From Synechococcus sp. (lineage in GTDB: Bacteria; Cyanobacteriota; Cyanobacteriia; PCC-6307; Cyanobiaceae): DNA of 64,000 nt. The stretch spans positions 1,120,136 through 1,184,135 of the forward strand of contig JBJBDC010000001.1 of NCBI GenBank assembly GCA_047285535.1, in the 5' to 3' direction. A program made the position numbers and the translations under genes. The notes beneath the pieces were generated by a model. It saw only the letters and a list, made by a program, of their open reading frames with translations. It searched no databases and was not told where the DNA came from. Below, piece by piece: positions 48,915 through 63,363 of the stretch. Position 1 is the first letter of the stretch; each line of letters begins with the position of its first letter.

Positions 48915-50684
48915 TCAGTGAGCCTCCTGAAGAGCAGGATCTAAGCTGGAGCCAACAACTTCTGCTGGAGAAGTTTTACTTCGGTCTCGAATCGTCAAAC
49001 AGGTATGAAGCAAACCATCTCGAACAAGTTCTGAATAGCGATTTGAAATAGCCAAATTGACTCTCCGACAATCAGAAATTGCTCGTTCACGTGCACCAGG
49101 AACAGCACCTGAATAATCGAACCGAATAACAACTGGAATAGGTAGATCACGTGAGACGTTCAGACCTTTAAAGATCTTCACACCAACGTCCAAATCAGGT
49201 GCACCTTCTTCAACAGTATCGAGGTGGGCAAAATAAGTCAGATTTCGGAGATGTACTTCCTTGAAACCAATCCCAACTCCAATAAAACGTTCCGCATGGC
49301 CTGCATCTGGATAGGGACCACCATGTAGCTGAAGAACATAATCAATCTGAGAAATATTATTTGCAATTAAACGGGTTATCAATGAAACCATTCCCGATGT
49401 CATGGTTCCAGGAGCACCAGATTCAACGGCCTCCGCAATTTGGATCAACGCTTGATCAGGAGACATGTCCATGGTTGCCTCATAGAGATCTTGAGCCGAA
49501 ACCCAACGATCCAACTGGATCGAACTGTCCTTGGAGGGTGGATGAACGCGGATCGCGTCAGAATCTGTGTCGAGTCCAATCAGCAACAAATCAACAGAAG
49601 CACCACAGCAAAAGCTGTTTTCAACAGCCTGGCGAAAATCAAGAAGACGTTGATATCCAGCGGAAGCCGCTAATTTGTCGTTGCTTCCATGCGCAGCGCA
49701 ACCCTGATGGTGGGGATCTAAAGAACTGAAGTGATAAGTCACTACCTTGAGATAACGCGTGTCTTCGCTGGCAGCATTGGGGATTGATTCCCGATACCGA
49801 TGATGCTCAGTTTTGAGCCATCGATTAACCGTGTTCTCGACATCAAACATCGCTCCAGCATGGGAGCGACGTCGTACAGAGCTAAATGGAATACGCAATG
49901 CATAGGCGATGGAATGAGCCAACCGCCCATCCGCGCAAGGGGTCACATCAAGAAGATGGAAACCGCAATCAAGAAGAAACTGCTCAAAAGACTTGGCCGC
50001 TTCACTTTCAGCAGATGAAGCGAGCGGGTCGTCCTGAAAGAAGTGATCACTAAATACACGATGCGATTCGAAGACGCACCATGCGTAAAGAGCTCTCATA
50101 TCCAAAGGAGTAACCCAGGCACGCTCAAGAATGTGAGTCGGCAGGTCAAACCCAAGTTCACGACAAGCCAACTGTTGTGCCTGATCAATGAAATCAGACC
50201 CATGTTGAAGAGCTGAAACTTTCTGAAGTAGCGGGACAATTCTTTCAAACCGTCCCTTCACTTCTAGTTCGTAGGCACGTAAATGATCGTTAGCAAGTTG
50301 ATCCGTAAGAGGATGACTGCCCTTAGGAATTGAGCGATTAGAGCTCGAGTTAGTTGAGCGACTCCACTGGTTCCTCGGCTCACCTGACTGCTTTTGATCA
50401 CGGCGGACCCAAACCGGTTGATCAGGACCTGAACGCCTGCTGTCCTGACCTGTCCTCACGCGCCCGGGGCCAAGATTGCCCTGAGCGATAAGCGCTGCCT
50501 TACCTACTGAGGTGAGCGCTCGCCTCCTCTCAATGGAAGCAGTGCGAGAGGAGAGTGGGCTCTTATCGGATTTAGAAGACTGGGAGGAAGAGGAGGATTT
50601 TGATGTCTTCAGTTGCAACTGACGTCGAGTTGGAGCTGTGGGGGACAGAGGTCGCCCATCGCGAAAAGGCATTGAGCGAACCAT
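48915..50684 (-). CDS. csoSCA: Carboxysomal carbonic anhydrase CsoSCA (CsoS3)
   Basis: Zn ligand motifs PCADGRL and HFSS..P.HQGCAAH, plus GHAERFIGVG. Confidence 0.96.
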   Translation of the reverse strand: MVRSMPFRDGRPLSPTAPTRRQLQLKTSKSSSSSQSSKSDKSPLSSRTASIERRRALTSVGKAALIAQGNLGPGRVRTGQDSRRSGPDQPVWVRRDQKQSGEPRNQWSRSTNSSSNRSIPKGSHPLTDQLANDHLRAYELEVKGRFERIVPLLQKVSALQHGSDFIDQAQQLACRELGFDLPTHILERAWVTPLDMRALYAWCVFESHRVFSDHFFQDDPLASSAESEAAKSFEQFLLDCGFHLLDVTPCADGRLAHSIAYALRIPFSSVRRRSHAGAMFDVENTVNRWLKTEHHRYRESIPNAASEDTRYLKVVTYHFSSLDPHHQGCAAHGSNDKLAASAGYQRLLDFRQAVENSFCCGASVDLLLIGLDTDSDAIRVHPPSKDSSIQLDRWVSAQDLYEATMDMSPDQALIQIAEAVESGAPGTMTSGMVSLITRLIANNISQIDYVLQLHGGPYPDAGHAERFIGVGIGFKEVHLRNLTYFAHLDTVEEGAPDLDVGVKIFKGLNVSRDLPIPVVIRFDYSGAVPGARERAISDCRRVNLAISNRYSELVRDGLLHTCLTIRDRSKTSPAEVVGSSLDPALQEAH

Positions 50685-50691
50685 CAGTTGA

Positions 50692-53067
50692 TCAGCCCCT
50701 TGCTCCGCCAGAGACGGTGATCAGAGATCCTTTTTCAGTGTTGCCGCTGGAACCAGTGACTCGACTTTCAGGCCATTCAGACTGATCATTTCGTTTACGC
50801 TCAAAAGGAGGCATGGCTCCCATCATTCCTGATCGACTTGGATTGCGTCGACGAGCTGAGGCCCCTTCCGTCCCAGTCACATGATCGCCTCGATCCCAGT
50901 CGTCACCAGTCACTTTCGTGGATGAACCTTCACCAGTAACCCGCGAAACAGGTTGTTGAGTCACCTCTTCAGCAGCTGCAGGGGTGGGCTGAAATTGGCG
51001 CTGGTGATAACGATCTTGAAACTCATGATTATCGAATCGGAATTGCTCCGTGCCGGTGATTTTGCCACCGGCCAAATCAAAAGGGCCTGTTATTCGGCTG
51101 CTGTCTTCGTAGGCCGTTCCAGTAACACTTTTGGTGGAATCTCGCTGCTGCTGCGCAGCACGTGCTGGTGAAACCACACTGAATCGAGTCCAACTGGAGC
51201 CTTCTGGAGATTGGCCATGAGTTTCTGTGCCGGCCGGTGCCTCTGGACCACAGGCAGCTGAAAGTTGATCAGCACCGATATAAGGAGTGCCCGTCACCGC
51301 TTCACAGGCACCACGTTCGGCACCGGTCATGACCCCACCAATACCTGGTTGAAGTCCTGTCATCGGAGCTGCAGGAGTTCCAGGACGAACCGGAGTTCTC
51401 TCGCGGATAGCTTGTACAGCAGAGTTACCGCAATACTGACCAGCTTGCTCAACACCGGCATAGGGCGTTCCCGTCACGGCCTTACAACTTCCAGGCTCGT
51501 CACCTGTGACCTTTTCAGAACGACCGGTGCGCGTTCCACTGACCACTTGGTTGCGATTGGTAATGCTGAAACCAACCTTTGCGGCTTCTGGATCTGGCTT
51601 CGCTCCACAGAATGCATTGACTTGTTCCGCGCTGATGTACTGATCACCAGTCACGCGATGACAGGATCCAAATTCATCTCCAGTGACGCTAGAAGAACGG
51701 CCCACCATGGTTCCTGTGACGCCTGTTCCAGACAAAGTGCCAGAGAGGCCAACTTTGGTAGCAGGCCGACCTTCAGGTAGAGGATCAGCCCCTAAATATT
51801 GGTCACCAGTCAAAGAGCGGTTAGCACCAGCCTCATCTCCTGTAACGCTGGAGGATCGCCCCACCATTACACCACTGACTTGACGCCCCTGCTGCGTCAG
51901 GCTGTGTCCTACTTTGCGCGGCGAGGGACTGGTTCCACCGCAGTAGGTAGAACTCTGATTCGCTGAAATGTATTCAGTACCAGTCACAGTTTTGCAGGTG
52001 CCTGGCTCATCCCCAGTCACTTTCTCGGAGCGACCAACTTCATTGCCAGTTACTCGATTCCCATGAGTGGTGGCCGAAACGCGAACCTTGGGTGGAGTGG
52101 TTGGAGCGGGAGCGCTCTGACAGAACGTCTGAAAGACCTCAGCACCAAGATATTCAGTGCCAGTAATAGAACGACAGGTGCTTGCTTCGTTTCCTGTCGT
52201 CTTTACGGACCGATTGGCTTGAGTTCCTGTCACAGTTTGGCCGCCGGTGGTCTCCGACTCACCCACCTTCCAGTGCGCATCGACGGCAGCGGCTTGCTTG
52301 GATCCATTCCGATTAGGACCAGTTGGTCGCGTCACACCAGCACTTTGCTTATTGCGCGCTCCTGATTTGGCGCGAAGCTCACGTACCTGCTGGGCGAGCT
52401 CGCGGCTGGTGAGGTCAGGATTCGCCTGACGGGCCACGGCAGCGGCACTTGTGGGTTGTTTGCCTGCTGTTTTCCCGTGTTTAGACATCGCTTCCCGACG
52501 AGCTAAAACAAGTGCTCTACTTGGATTTTCGATGGCACGACGCTTTGGAGCTTGGCTGCGACGGGAGGAGTTTTTGGTAGAAGGATCCACAGATCCAGCA
52601 TGACGAGTCAAACGAGTTGGTGTTTGTACAGCGCCATTGCCGCCACAACCACACTCTTTCTTGCCTACGGCAGGGGCTGGAGTGGATGTCGTTGTAGCTG
52701 TTTTACGAGCGACCTCAGCCCGATTTCTGTCTTTGGTTGTATCTGCTGATTTACCACGACGTGACAGGGCTTCTCGGCGAGCGAGAACAAGCTCACGACT
52801 CGGTTGACTGACGGGTTTCACCCGAGAACGATGGGCACCTGATGAAGTTGTCAGTGATTGATTTCTTGGTCGCTCAATAGCGACAGGGGTTGCGGCGTGT
52901 GAAGGGCCTACCGCAATTGGATCTGCGTTGGTGCGCGTTTTGCGGGCATCGTCGGCCGTCCGAACGCGATTCGCACCTGCTGAAACAGCAACGGATGCCT
53001 TTTTGCCAGCAGTAGTGAGAGCCTTACGGCGTTCGAGTGCTAGTTCGCGACTGGAGAGTCTTGCCAT
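50692..53067 (-). CDS. csoS2: Carboxysome scaffold protein CsoS2
   Basis: N-terminal RxxxxxRR repeats, many [V/I]TG repeats and the C-terminal ITVSGGARG. Confidence 0.96.
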   Translation of the reverse strand: MARLSSRELALERRKALTTAGKKASVAVSAGANRVRTADDARKTRTNADPIAVGPSHAATPVAIERPRNQSLTTSSGAHRSRVKPVSQPSRELVLARREALSRRGKSADTTKDRNRAEVARKTATTTSTPAPAVGKKECGCGGNGAVQTPTRLTRHAGSVDPSTKNSSRRSQAPKRRAIENPSRALVLARREAMSKHGKTAGKQPTSAAAVARQANPDLTSRELAQQVRELRAKSGARNKQSAGVTRPTGPNRNGSKQAAAVDAHWKVGESETTGGQTVTGTQANRSVKTTGNEASTCRSITGTEYLGAEVFQTFCQSAPAPTTPPKVRVSATTHGNRVTGNEVGRSEKVTGDEPGTCKTVTGTEYISANQSSTYCGGTSPSPRKVGHSLTQQGRQVSGVMVGRSSSVTGDEAGANRSLTGDQYLGADPLPEGRPATKVGLSGTLSGTGVTGTMVGRSSSVTGDEFGSCHRVTGDQYISAEQVNAFCGAKPDPEAAKVGFSITNRNQVVSGTRTGRSEKVTGDEPGSCKAVTGTPYAGVEQAGQYCGNSAVQAIRERTPVRPGTPAAPMTGLQPGIGGVMTGAERGACEAVTGTPYIGADQLSAACGPEAPAGTETHGQSPEGSSWTRFSVVSPARAAQQQRDSTKSVTGTAYEDSSRITGPFDLAGGKITGTEQFRFDNHEFQDRYHQRQFQPTPAAAEEVTQQPVSRVTGEGSSTKVTGDDWDRGDHVTGTEGASARRRNPSRSGMMGAMPPFERKRNDQSEWPESRVTGSSGNTEKGSLITVSGGARG

Positions 53068-53123
53068 GTCCGCCCGAGAATGTCGTCGTGAGTTGAAGGG
53101 AACGAATCCCTACAGAAAAATTT

Positions 53124-53147
53124 GAGCCCTGATTTAGGTCAGGGCTC
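53124..53147 (-). terminator. Stem-loop after rbcS (terminator or mRNA stabiliser)
   Basis: GAGCCCTGA-N6-TCAGGGCTC, followed on the minus strand by AAATTTTT. Confidence 0.65.
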
Positions 53148-53167
53148 GGAACCGTGAAAGCGAAAGA

Positions 53168-53509
53168 TCAGCGTCCTTCGAAAACCACGAAACAGGCACC
53201 TTGGCCTTGGGTGTATGCGTCGTAACCAACGATGCGCACGTGATGGTCGGGGTATGCGCGATGGCAGGCCTCGAGTTCACTCACTACAACGTTCAGATCC
53301 TTCTCACCGAAAAACGGGAGCTTCCAATAGGACCAATAAGAGGCCATGGAATTGGAAGGATGGACGTGCTCGATGAGCGGGCTCCAACCTTGGGCAATGA
53401 TGTAAGCGATCTGGTCATAGATCTCGTCCTGAGTCATCGGCGGAAGAAAGCCGAATGTCTCCAGGGTGGCGACTGTTTGGTAGTCACCCACGGTGCTCTG
53501 AAAAGGCAT
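53168..53509 (-). CDS. rbcS: RuBisCO small subunit, form IA
   Basis: Motifs ETFGFLPP, YWSYWKLPFF and VRIVGYD. Confidence 0.97.
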   Translation of the reverse strand: MPFQSTVGDYQTVATLETFGFLPPMTQDEIYDQIAYIIAQGWSPLIEHVHPSNSMASYWSYWKLPFFGEKDLNVVVSELEACHRAYPDHHVRIVGYDAYTQGQGACFVVFEGR

Positions 53510-53582
53510 GGGGATCACGCTTTAAAAAAATGTTTTGGCTGGACCAAAGTCCTCGAGCCGGAGTTATATCGAGGTTCGGGAG

Positions 53583-53604
53583 AGGGGTGAAAAAATTCAC
53601 CCCT
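53583..53604. other. Intergenic hairpin between rbcL and rbcS
   Basis: AGGGGTGAA-AAAA-TTCACCCCT, a perfect 9 bp stem. Confidence 0.55.
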
Positions 53605-53612
53605 TTCACCGA

Positions 53613-55025
53613 TCACTGAACGTCGAGTTTGTCGACGGTGTCGAATTCGAACTTGATCTCCTTCCAGGTCTCGAGAGCGATCGCCAGCTCAGGGCTATGC
53701 TTACCGGCTTCCATAAGGATGTCGCGGCTTTCCTTCTCGATTTCACGACCGGCGTTGCGTGCCTTGACGCAGGCCTCGAGGGCCACACGGTTGGCAGCAG
53801 CACCAGCTGCGGAACCCCAGGGGTGACCGTGGGTACCACCACCGAACTGGAGAACGGAGTCGTCACCGAAGATGGCTACCAGAGCAGGCATGTGCCACAC
53901 GTGGATACCGCCGGAAGCAACGGCAAACACACCAGGCATGGAACCCCAGTCCTGATCAAAGAAGTTGCCGCGGCTGCGGTCTTCAGGAACGAAGGATTCG
54001 CGGAGTTGGTCGATATAGCCGAGGGTGGTCTGACGATCACCTTCCAGCTTGCCGACCACGGTGCCGGTGTGAAGTTGGTCACCACCAGACAGACGCAGAC
54101 ACTTGGCGAGGACGCGGAAGTGGATGCCGTGCTTGGGATGACGGTCAATCACAGCGTGCATCGCACGGTGAATGTGCAGCAACATGCCGTTCTTGCGGCA
54201 CCACTTCGACAAACCAGTGTTAGCTGTAAAGCCACCGGTGATGAAGTCGTGCATGATGATTGGCATGTTGAGTTCCTTGGCGAACTCAGCACGCTCATAC
54301 ATCTCTTCAGGAGTATTGGCGGTTACGTTGAGGTAGTGACCCTTGCGCTCACCGGTCTCCTGCTCAGCCAATTTGATGGCTTCCGCAACAAATTCGAAGC
54401 GGTTCTGCCAACGCTGGAACGGCTGGGAATTGATGTTCTCGTCGTCTTTGGTGAAGTCCAGACCACCACGGAGGCATTCATAGACAACACGGCCGTAGTT
54501 CTTACCGCTTAAGCCAAGCTTTGGCTTAATGGTGCAACCCAGAAGAGGGCGGCCATATTTGTTCATCCGGTCGCGCTCAACGGCGATGCCGTTTGGTGGA
54601 CCAGCGCAGCACTTGATAAAGGCGATCGGGAAGCGAATATCTTCCAGACGCAGATGACGAAGTGCCTTGAAGCCAAAAACGTTGCCGACCAATGAAGTCA
54701 GAACGTTGGTAATTGAGCCCTCTTCGAACAAATCGAGGGGGTATGCGATAAAGGCATAAAAGGACTCTTTGTCACCAGGGACATCTTCGATTCGGTAGCA
54801 ACGGCCCTTGTAGAAATCGAGATCGGTGAGGAGCTCGGACCAGACAGTGGACCAGGTACCCGTCGAAGATTCAGCGGCAACAGCCGCTGCAACTTCTTCC
54901 TTGGGAACACCTTCCTGGCCGGTGCACTTAAAGCAGGCCAGCAGGTCGGTGTCTAGGGGGACGTAATCAGGAGTCCAGTAAGTGTCTCTGTACTCCTTGA
55001 CCCCAGCGTCGTACTTCTTGCTCAT
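53613..55025 (-). CDS. rbcL: RuBisCO large subunit, form IA
   Basis: Motifs [22 protein letters not shown] and [12 protein letters not shown]. Confidence 0.99.
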   Translation of the reverse strand: MSKKYDAGVKEYRDTYWTPDYVPLDTDLLACFKCTGQEGVPKEEVAAAVAAESSTGTWSTVWSELLTDLDFYKGRCYRIEDVPGDKESFYAFIAYPLDLFEEGSITNVLTSLVGNVFGFKALRHLRLEDIRFPIAFIKCCAGPPNGIAVERDRMNKYGRPLLGCTIKPKLGLSGKNYGRVVYECLRGGLDFTKDDENINSQPFQRWQNRFEFVAEAIKLAEQETGERKGHYLNVTANTPEEMYERAEFAKELNMPIIMHDFITGGFTANTGLSKWCRKNGMLLHIHRAMHAVIDRHPKHGIHFRVLAKCLRLSGGDQLHTGTVVGKLEGDRQTTLGYIDQLRESFVPEDRSRGNFFDQDWGSMPGVFAVASGGIHVWHMPALVAIFGDDSVLQFGGGTHGHPWGSAAGAAANRVALEACVKARNAGREIEKESRDILMEAGKHSPELAIALETWKEIKFEFDTVDKLDVQ

Positions 55026-55096
55026 GGATTAATTCCGTTAAGTCGGTAAGGGAAATGAGATGCGTAAACCCATCAGAGGGTCATTAGCAGCTGATC

Positions 55097-55408
55097 TCAG
55101 TCCTTCTGACCGAGGAAGTTGCCGTTGCCAAGTGCTGGCTCTACTTCGCGATGAGGGCGAGCAATGATGTGAGCCGCAACGAGTCCGTCTCCGACACGCT
55201 CGCAAGCATCTGCTCCTGCACGCACAGCAGCATTCACAGCACCAGTTTCGCCACGTACCAACACTGTGACGTAGCCACCACCGACAAATTCACGACCAAT
55301 AAGGCGCACTTCAGCGGCCTTGGTCATGGCGTCAGCTGCTTCGATCGCTGGGACCAGGCCGCGTGTCTCGATCATGCCGAGAGCGATGCCCATGGTTTCG
55401 TTAGCCAT
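55097..55408 (-). CDS. csoS1: Major carboxysome shell protein CsoS1
   Basis: BMC-H sequence MGIALGMIETRGLVPAIEAADAMTKAAEV. Confidence 0.97.
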   Translation of the reverse strand: MANETMGIALGMIETRGLVPAIEAADAMTKAAEVRLIGREFVGGGYVTVLVRGETGAVNAAVRAGADACERVGDGLVAAHIIARPHREVEPALGNGNFLGQKD

Positions 55409-55750
55409 TGCCTACCGAGTAAGGGGGGTGGAATGTTCGCCGCTGACATTGCTCTGCCGAGTGGTCACTCGTCAAGCAGTTTTGGGTCTTTTCATGATCA
55501 TTGTCCATAGTGAACCTCATAAGCTCTGCTGATCACCCTTGCCCGAACTGATCTAAAGCCCTGTGCGCGTTCCGGTGAGCACACCAACACAATCCATAGG
55601 CAAAGGCCTCCGTAACACATAGTTTTCAGGCTGAAGTCAAGTTTTCCGCGTAAGCGGAGTGGAATGTTCAACCCTGCTGGGCTTCTTTTTTGAATCTGAT
55701 CGATATTTTTAGGCTTACCCGACACAATGGGAATCACTTGAACGGCTCTA

Positions 55751-56329
55751 GTGCTTACTTTGACGATTGCAAGTGGCAATCAAAGAAAAGTTTCTGAAAT
55801 AGAGAGCATGCTTGGCCCGCTCCCTATCAGGGTGCAACGTCAGCCTTCTGAATTAGACGTTGAGGAAACAGGTTCTACCTATTTGGAAAACGCATTGCTT
55901 AAGGCCTCAGCCGCTGCAAAGCTGACTGGAACCTGGACGCTTGCCGATGATTCTGGTCTTGAGATTGATGCCCTGGGTGGATCTCCTGGCCTTTACACAG
56001 CGCGCTTTGCCCCCTCAGACAAAGACAAGATTTCCAAACTGCTCCAAATCCTGCTGAATGAGCCCTACCGCAGTGCTCGTTTTCGCAGCGTCATGGTTCT
56101 GTGTTCTCCAGATGGAGCCTCCATTGGGAGCTCGGAGGGGATTTGCTGGGGTGAAATCCTTAGCGCTCCTGCTTATCCCAACGGGGGTCTGGATTCAATC
56201 TTCTGGGTTCGCGAAACCCGCTGTAGCTATGGCGAAATGACACAAGTCCAACTCAGCAAACTTGGAAGCCGTGGGAAAGCGGCAAGAGCGATGGCACCTC
56301 ACTTACGTCAACAATTGGGACTCCGCTAA
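55751..56329 (+). CDS. rdgB: Non-canonical purine NTP pyrophosphatase (HAM1/RdgB family)
   Basis: Motifs ASGNQRK, EETGSTYLENA and ADDSGLEIDALGGSPGLYTARF. Confidence 0.88.
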   Translation: MLTLTIASGNQRKVSEIESMLGPLPIRVQRQPSELDVEETGSTYLENALLKASAAAKLTGTWTLADDSGLEIDALGGSPGLYTARFAPSDKDKISKLLQILLNEPYRSARFRSVMVLCSPDGASIGSSEGICWGEILSAPAYPNGGLDSIFWVRETRCSYGEMTQVQLSKLGSRGKAARAMAPHLRQQLGLR

Positions 56330-56371
56330 CAGCGAGATCAGCAAAGCGAATCAATCGACTGAACCAATCCA

Positions 56372-57157
56372 TCACTTGGAGGCGCAGTTGCGATTAATCG
56401 ATTCGATGGCGCGCATCGCAGCGGCAGCAGCCTCTTCAACATCACCTTCTCGACCAGCGAGAGTTAAACGTCCAAAAGCACCAACGGCCTTCACATCCAC
56501 CAGAGTGATATTTGAAGACTTTTCCGCCTCATTCGCAGCGATCAACACGTAACCGGCAGGTTCTGTTTCAAGAATGAACATGCTCATTCCTGCTTCGATC
56601 ATCGATCCCCTGCGGTTCAGACGATTAATGAGAACAGCATGGTCAGGTGTGATTGCTCGAATCACTTCGGTCCAACTGACGTCAGCAGGATTTCGTCGCT
56701 CAATTGAGCTACCAATCGCCTCAAGGACAACATCACCGGAGTGGATCACTGTGCTCTGATCACGGTGATAGAGAGCCATGGAGCCAAAAGCACGTTCCAC
56801 AACCATCTGGCCAAGACGAACATTGCTGGCCTTGAGCGCAATATCGGTGACTCGATGCACCGCCATCCCGGGCGCGACCTCCATCCAAAGACAGGCATCA
56901 CCTGGAATTGGCAAAAAACCCTGACTCACAGTGCCCATGTAGGCAGCCAGTTGTGGTTGAAGGGAATCGAGAAACACGTACGTGCGCAGTTCTATCGACT
57001 GCACATGACTGTTTTGACGCAACAGTCTTGGGGATTCGCTGTCGGTAGTAACCACGCAGCTTGCTCCGCTCGCTGAGGTGTGAACCTCAGTGCCTGTGAC
57101 GAGAGCGCTACCGCCTACTCGCCGCGCCCGGTCATCGAAGCTGGCGAATCGGGTCAT
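56372..57157 (-). CDS. csoS1D: Tandem-BMC carboxysome shell protein CsoS1D
   Basis: Motifs [32 protein letters not shown] and GAFGRL. Confidence 0.93.
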   Translation of the reverse strand: MTRFASFDDRARRVGGSALVTGTEVHTSASGASCVVTTDSESPRLLRQNSHVQSIELRTYVFLDSLQPQLAAYMGTVSQGFLPIPGDACLWMEVAPGMAVHRVTDIALKASNVRLGQMVVERAFGSMALYHRDQSTVIHSGDVVLEAIGSSIERRNPADVSWTEVIRAITPDHAVLINRLNRRGSMIEAGMSMFILETEPAGYVLIAANEAEKSSNITLVDVKAVGAFGRLTLAGREGDVEEAAAAAMRAIESINRNCASK

Positions 57158-57253
57158 GGCGGGGATATTACCGGAAGGTTGCTCAGAAAATTCAAATCGC
57201 GACTTGCATCAGCCAACGGAACCGATACCGTCCAAGAAAATCGGGATTGCAGC

Positions 57254-57661
57254 ATGGCAGTTAACCAAACCCATACTCCTGAAACAGCTGCATTGAGCTC
57301 TGAGCTCAGCGCCGAACAGGCTCTAGGAATGATCGGGATGGGCTTAATGCAAAAGCTCAATCAAGAGGGTCCAGGGCGTTGGATCTGGAGTGACGCAGAA
57401 GATGGTGCTGCTGCCAATCTTGTCGAGTTGCGCCAACGACTCGAACTCACAGACTTAGCGATTAAAACAGGAGCACCTCTGAGCACTGCTGAGGTCACAC
57501 AATTGCTAGGCGTTCGCCCTGGATCTGAACAAGTTGTAAGAGGAGGTCTTCGTGCAACTCGAGTGAGCAGGAATGTCTGGCGATTGACTCAACTTGATGT
57601 TGAATCCTCACAGCAAACCAATGCATTTAAAGGCGAAGATCGATTCAGGCGTCGCCTTTAA
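57254..57661 (+). CDS. Hypothetical protein divergent from csoS1D
   Basis: Protein-like segments EQALGMIGMGLMQKL and LAIKTGAPLSTAEVTQLLG; ATG at 57254 lies outside csoS1D. Confidence 0.7.
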   Translation: MAVNQTHTPETAALSSELSAEQALGMIGMGLMQKLNQEGPGRWIWSDAEDGAAANLVELRQRLELTDLAIKTGAPLSTAEVTQLLGVRPGSEQVVRGGLRATRVSRNVWRLTQLDVESSQQTNAFKGEDRFRRRL

Positions 57662-57718
57662 ATGCCTAACCGAATTAGAGCGAAACTTAAACGGAAAACC
57701 CTCCAGAAGCGCTTGCCT

Positions 57719-58217
57719 TTATTTTGTGTCGTCCTCTGGCGAAGTCTCCTTTGCATCTATTATTGTATCAATGTTGAGACAAATTGTTTGTTCAATAACT
57801 TGACGATGTGACGCCATTAAACCCTGAGCATTTTTTCAATTTTTTGCGACGCCTCATCCAAAGTCATACTTTTATTCTTTTCTCAGCGCTCCAACAAATG
57901 ATTAGTAGAGCTCAACCTGATCGCAATATTCCCCTTACTTCAGACTTCAGACGTTGATTCTCAGCCTTGTCCAGCATCTTCAGAGCTTTTTGAAGAGATT
58001 ATCTTGCTTTCTGTGCGTCCACAACGGTTGAACGTGGTGTTAAGCCCTCAACATTTTTTGAAGGCACTGTCTACATCGGCGCTTGCAGAACAAACCAAAC
58101 TCATCTCTGAAACAACTTTGCTTTGATCCTTGGCTGCTTTGTCCTGAGCCGATTGACAAGAAATCAACGCTAAACCCAAAACCTTGGCTGCCGGCAAGTC
58201 TCTCGCAGAGACGCCAT
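57719..58217 (-). pseudogene. Decayed lipoprotein gene
   Basis: Stitched minus-strand frames give a lipobox (VLGLALISC) and a continuous helical protein broken by about 5 frameshifts, mostly at homopolymer runs, and 2 in-frame stops. Confidence 0.55.
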
Positions 58218-58351
58218 CAGTTCATTTGGAACAATTTCGTGGAAATTTGGTCATGAGGAGAGGCTTTTACCAGTCAGGACATCAATCCTGATCCCAAAGA
58301 ATTTTGTGAGGTCTGAGCAGTAGGGGAATCAGGCGTCATCGTGAGTGATAG

Positions 58352-59656
<1,305 letters not shown>

Positions 59657-59660
59657 AGCC

Positions 59661-61229
59661 ATGCAACTCACCCTCTGGACATACGAAGGACCACCTCACG
59701 TTGGTGCCATGCGCATTGCGGCATCCATGAAAGGAGTGCACTACGTGCTGCACGCACCCCAAGGCGACACCTATGCCGATCTCTTGTTCACGATGATCGA
59801 GCGTCGAGATCAACGCCCCCCCGTCACCTACACCACGTTTCAAGCCAGAGATCTCGGTGGTGACACCGCGGAACTGGTGAAGCGTCACGTGAGAGAAGCC
59901 GTGGATCGCTTCCAACCCGATGCCCTTCTCGTGGGCGAAAGCTGCACAGCGGAATTAATCCAGGACCAGCCTGGTGCCTTAGCCGCCGGCATGGGTTTCA
60001 CCATGCCAATCGTGAATTTAGAGCTACCGGCCTACAGCAAAAAGGAGAATTGGGGTGCAGCAGAAACCTTCTATCAACTGGTTCGGAGTCTGCTGAAAGA
60101 GCACGCCCCTGCTGAGCTGATCCATAATCCAAAGGCCTGGCAGGAGAAAGGACGACGCCCCCGCGTGAACCTGCTTGGACCATCGTTGCTCGGCTTTCGC
60201 TGTCGAGACGATGTGCTCGAAATTCAACGGCTGCTGAGCATGCACGGCATCGACGTCGGGGTGGTCGCTCCGTTAGGGGCCACGGTGGCTGACGTACTTC
60301 GCCTGCCGGAAGCGGACCTGAATGTTTGCCTTTATCCAGAGATCGCAGAATCCACCTGCGCCTGGCTGGAGCGCAGTTTTGGGATTCCGTTCACCAGCAC
60401 CGTGCCGATTGGCATCGGCGCAACCCAAGACTTTCTTGTGGAAGTTCACAATCTGCTTGGGATGACACCACCTTCCTCCCAAGCGGGAATTCGTCAGTCC
60501 AGGCTGCCCTGGTACTCCGAATCCGTTGACTCCACCTATCTCACGGGCAAAAGGGTGTTCATCTTTGGAGATGGCACTCATGCCTTAGCAGCAGCCCGGA
60601 TCTGCAAAGAGGAGCTTGGCTTTGAAGTGGTGGGCCTAGGCACTTACAGCAGAGAAATGGCGCGACCCGTGCGTGCAGCAGCGAAAGCCATGGGACTTGA
60701 AGCCCTCATCAGTGATGACTACCTCGAGGTTGAGGCAGCCATGGCCGCAGCGGCGCCGGAACTGGTGCTCGGCACCCAAATGGAGCGGCATAGCGCCAAG
60801 CGACTAGGCCTCCCTTGCGCTGTGATCAGCACGCCGATGCATGTTCAGGATGTGCCAGCACGCAACAGTCCTCAAATGGGCTGGGAAGGAGCAAACGTGA
60901 TCTTCGACAGCTGGGTGCACCCACTGATGATGGGCTTAGAAGAACACCTTATCGGCATGTTCCGACACGATTTTGAATTCGTGGATGGCCATCAAAGTCA
61001 CCTAGGTCATGCGGGAGGTTCTGGAGCTGGTGCGGACAAGGAGGTGGCGGTCAGCACCCTGCAAGACGAGCTGGTCTGGACGGCTGATGGAGAAGCGGAG
61101 CTGAAGAAAATCCCCTTCTTCGTTCGGGGGAAAGTACGCCGAAACACCGAAACATTTGCCAAATCCACTGGGCGCAATCAAATCGACAGCGAAACGCTGT
61201 ACGACGCGAAAGCCCACTTCAGTGCATAA
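59661..61229 (+). CDS. chlB: Light-independent protochlorophyllide reductase subunit B
   Basis: Motifs [30 protein letters not shown] and [14 protein letters not shown]. Confidence 0.97.
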   Translation: MQLTLWTYEGPPHVGAMRIAASMKGVHYVLHAPQGDTYADLLFTMIERRDQRPPVTYTTFQARDLGGDTAELVKRHVREAVDRFQPDALLVGESCTAELIQDQPGALAAGMGFTMPIVNLELPAYSKKENWGAAETFYQLVRSLLKEHAPAELIHNPKAWQEKGRRPRVNLLGPSLLGFRCRDDVLEIQRLLSMHGIDVGVVAPLGATVADVLRLPEADLNVCLYPEIAESTCAWLERSFGIPFTSTVPIGIGATQDFLVEVHNLLGMTPPSSQAGIRQSRLPWYSESVDSTYLTGKRVFIFGDGTHALAAARICKEELGFEVVGLGTYSREMARPVRAAAKAMGLEALISDDYLEVEAAMAAAAPELVLGTQMERHSAKRLGLPCAVISTPMHVQDVPARNSPQMGWEGANVIFDSWVHPLMMGLEEHLIGMFRHDFEFVDGHQSHLGHAGGSGAGADKEVAVSTLQDELVWTADGEAELKKIPFFVRGKVRRNTETFAKSTGRNQIDSETLYDAKAHFSA

Positions 61230-61366
61230 GAGGCAAACCAATTTTCTTGCTCGAATGTCTTACCCGCAACAAGGCATGATCGGCTGAGTCTTTGTACTCA
61301 ATAATCCAGATATTTTCATGCTAATTCGCCCAATCCTCGTCAGTGTTTCAACACCATCAGTCCTGA

Positions 61367-63301
<1,935 letters not shown>

Positions 63302-63363
63302 TTATCTGAATCCAGTCTGACCCTTCAAATGCCTTTGCAGATAAGTCTCATGTGACCAATGGA

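Noticed and set aside
50692..53067. Recurrent CCAGTCAC/CCAGTGAC-like DNA repeats suggesting an array
   Set aside because: They encode the known VTG repeats of CsoS2; not CRISPR, and no cas genes are present.
53535..54512. 325 aa plus-strand ORF
   Set aside because: Antisense shadow of rbcL caused by strong codon bias; no motifs.
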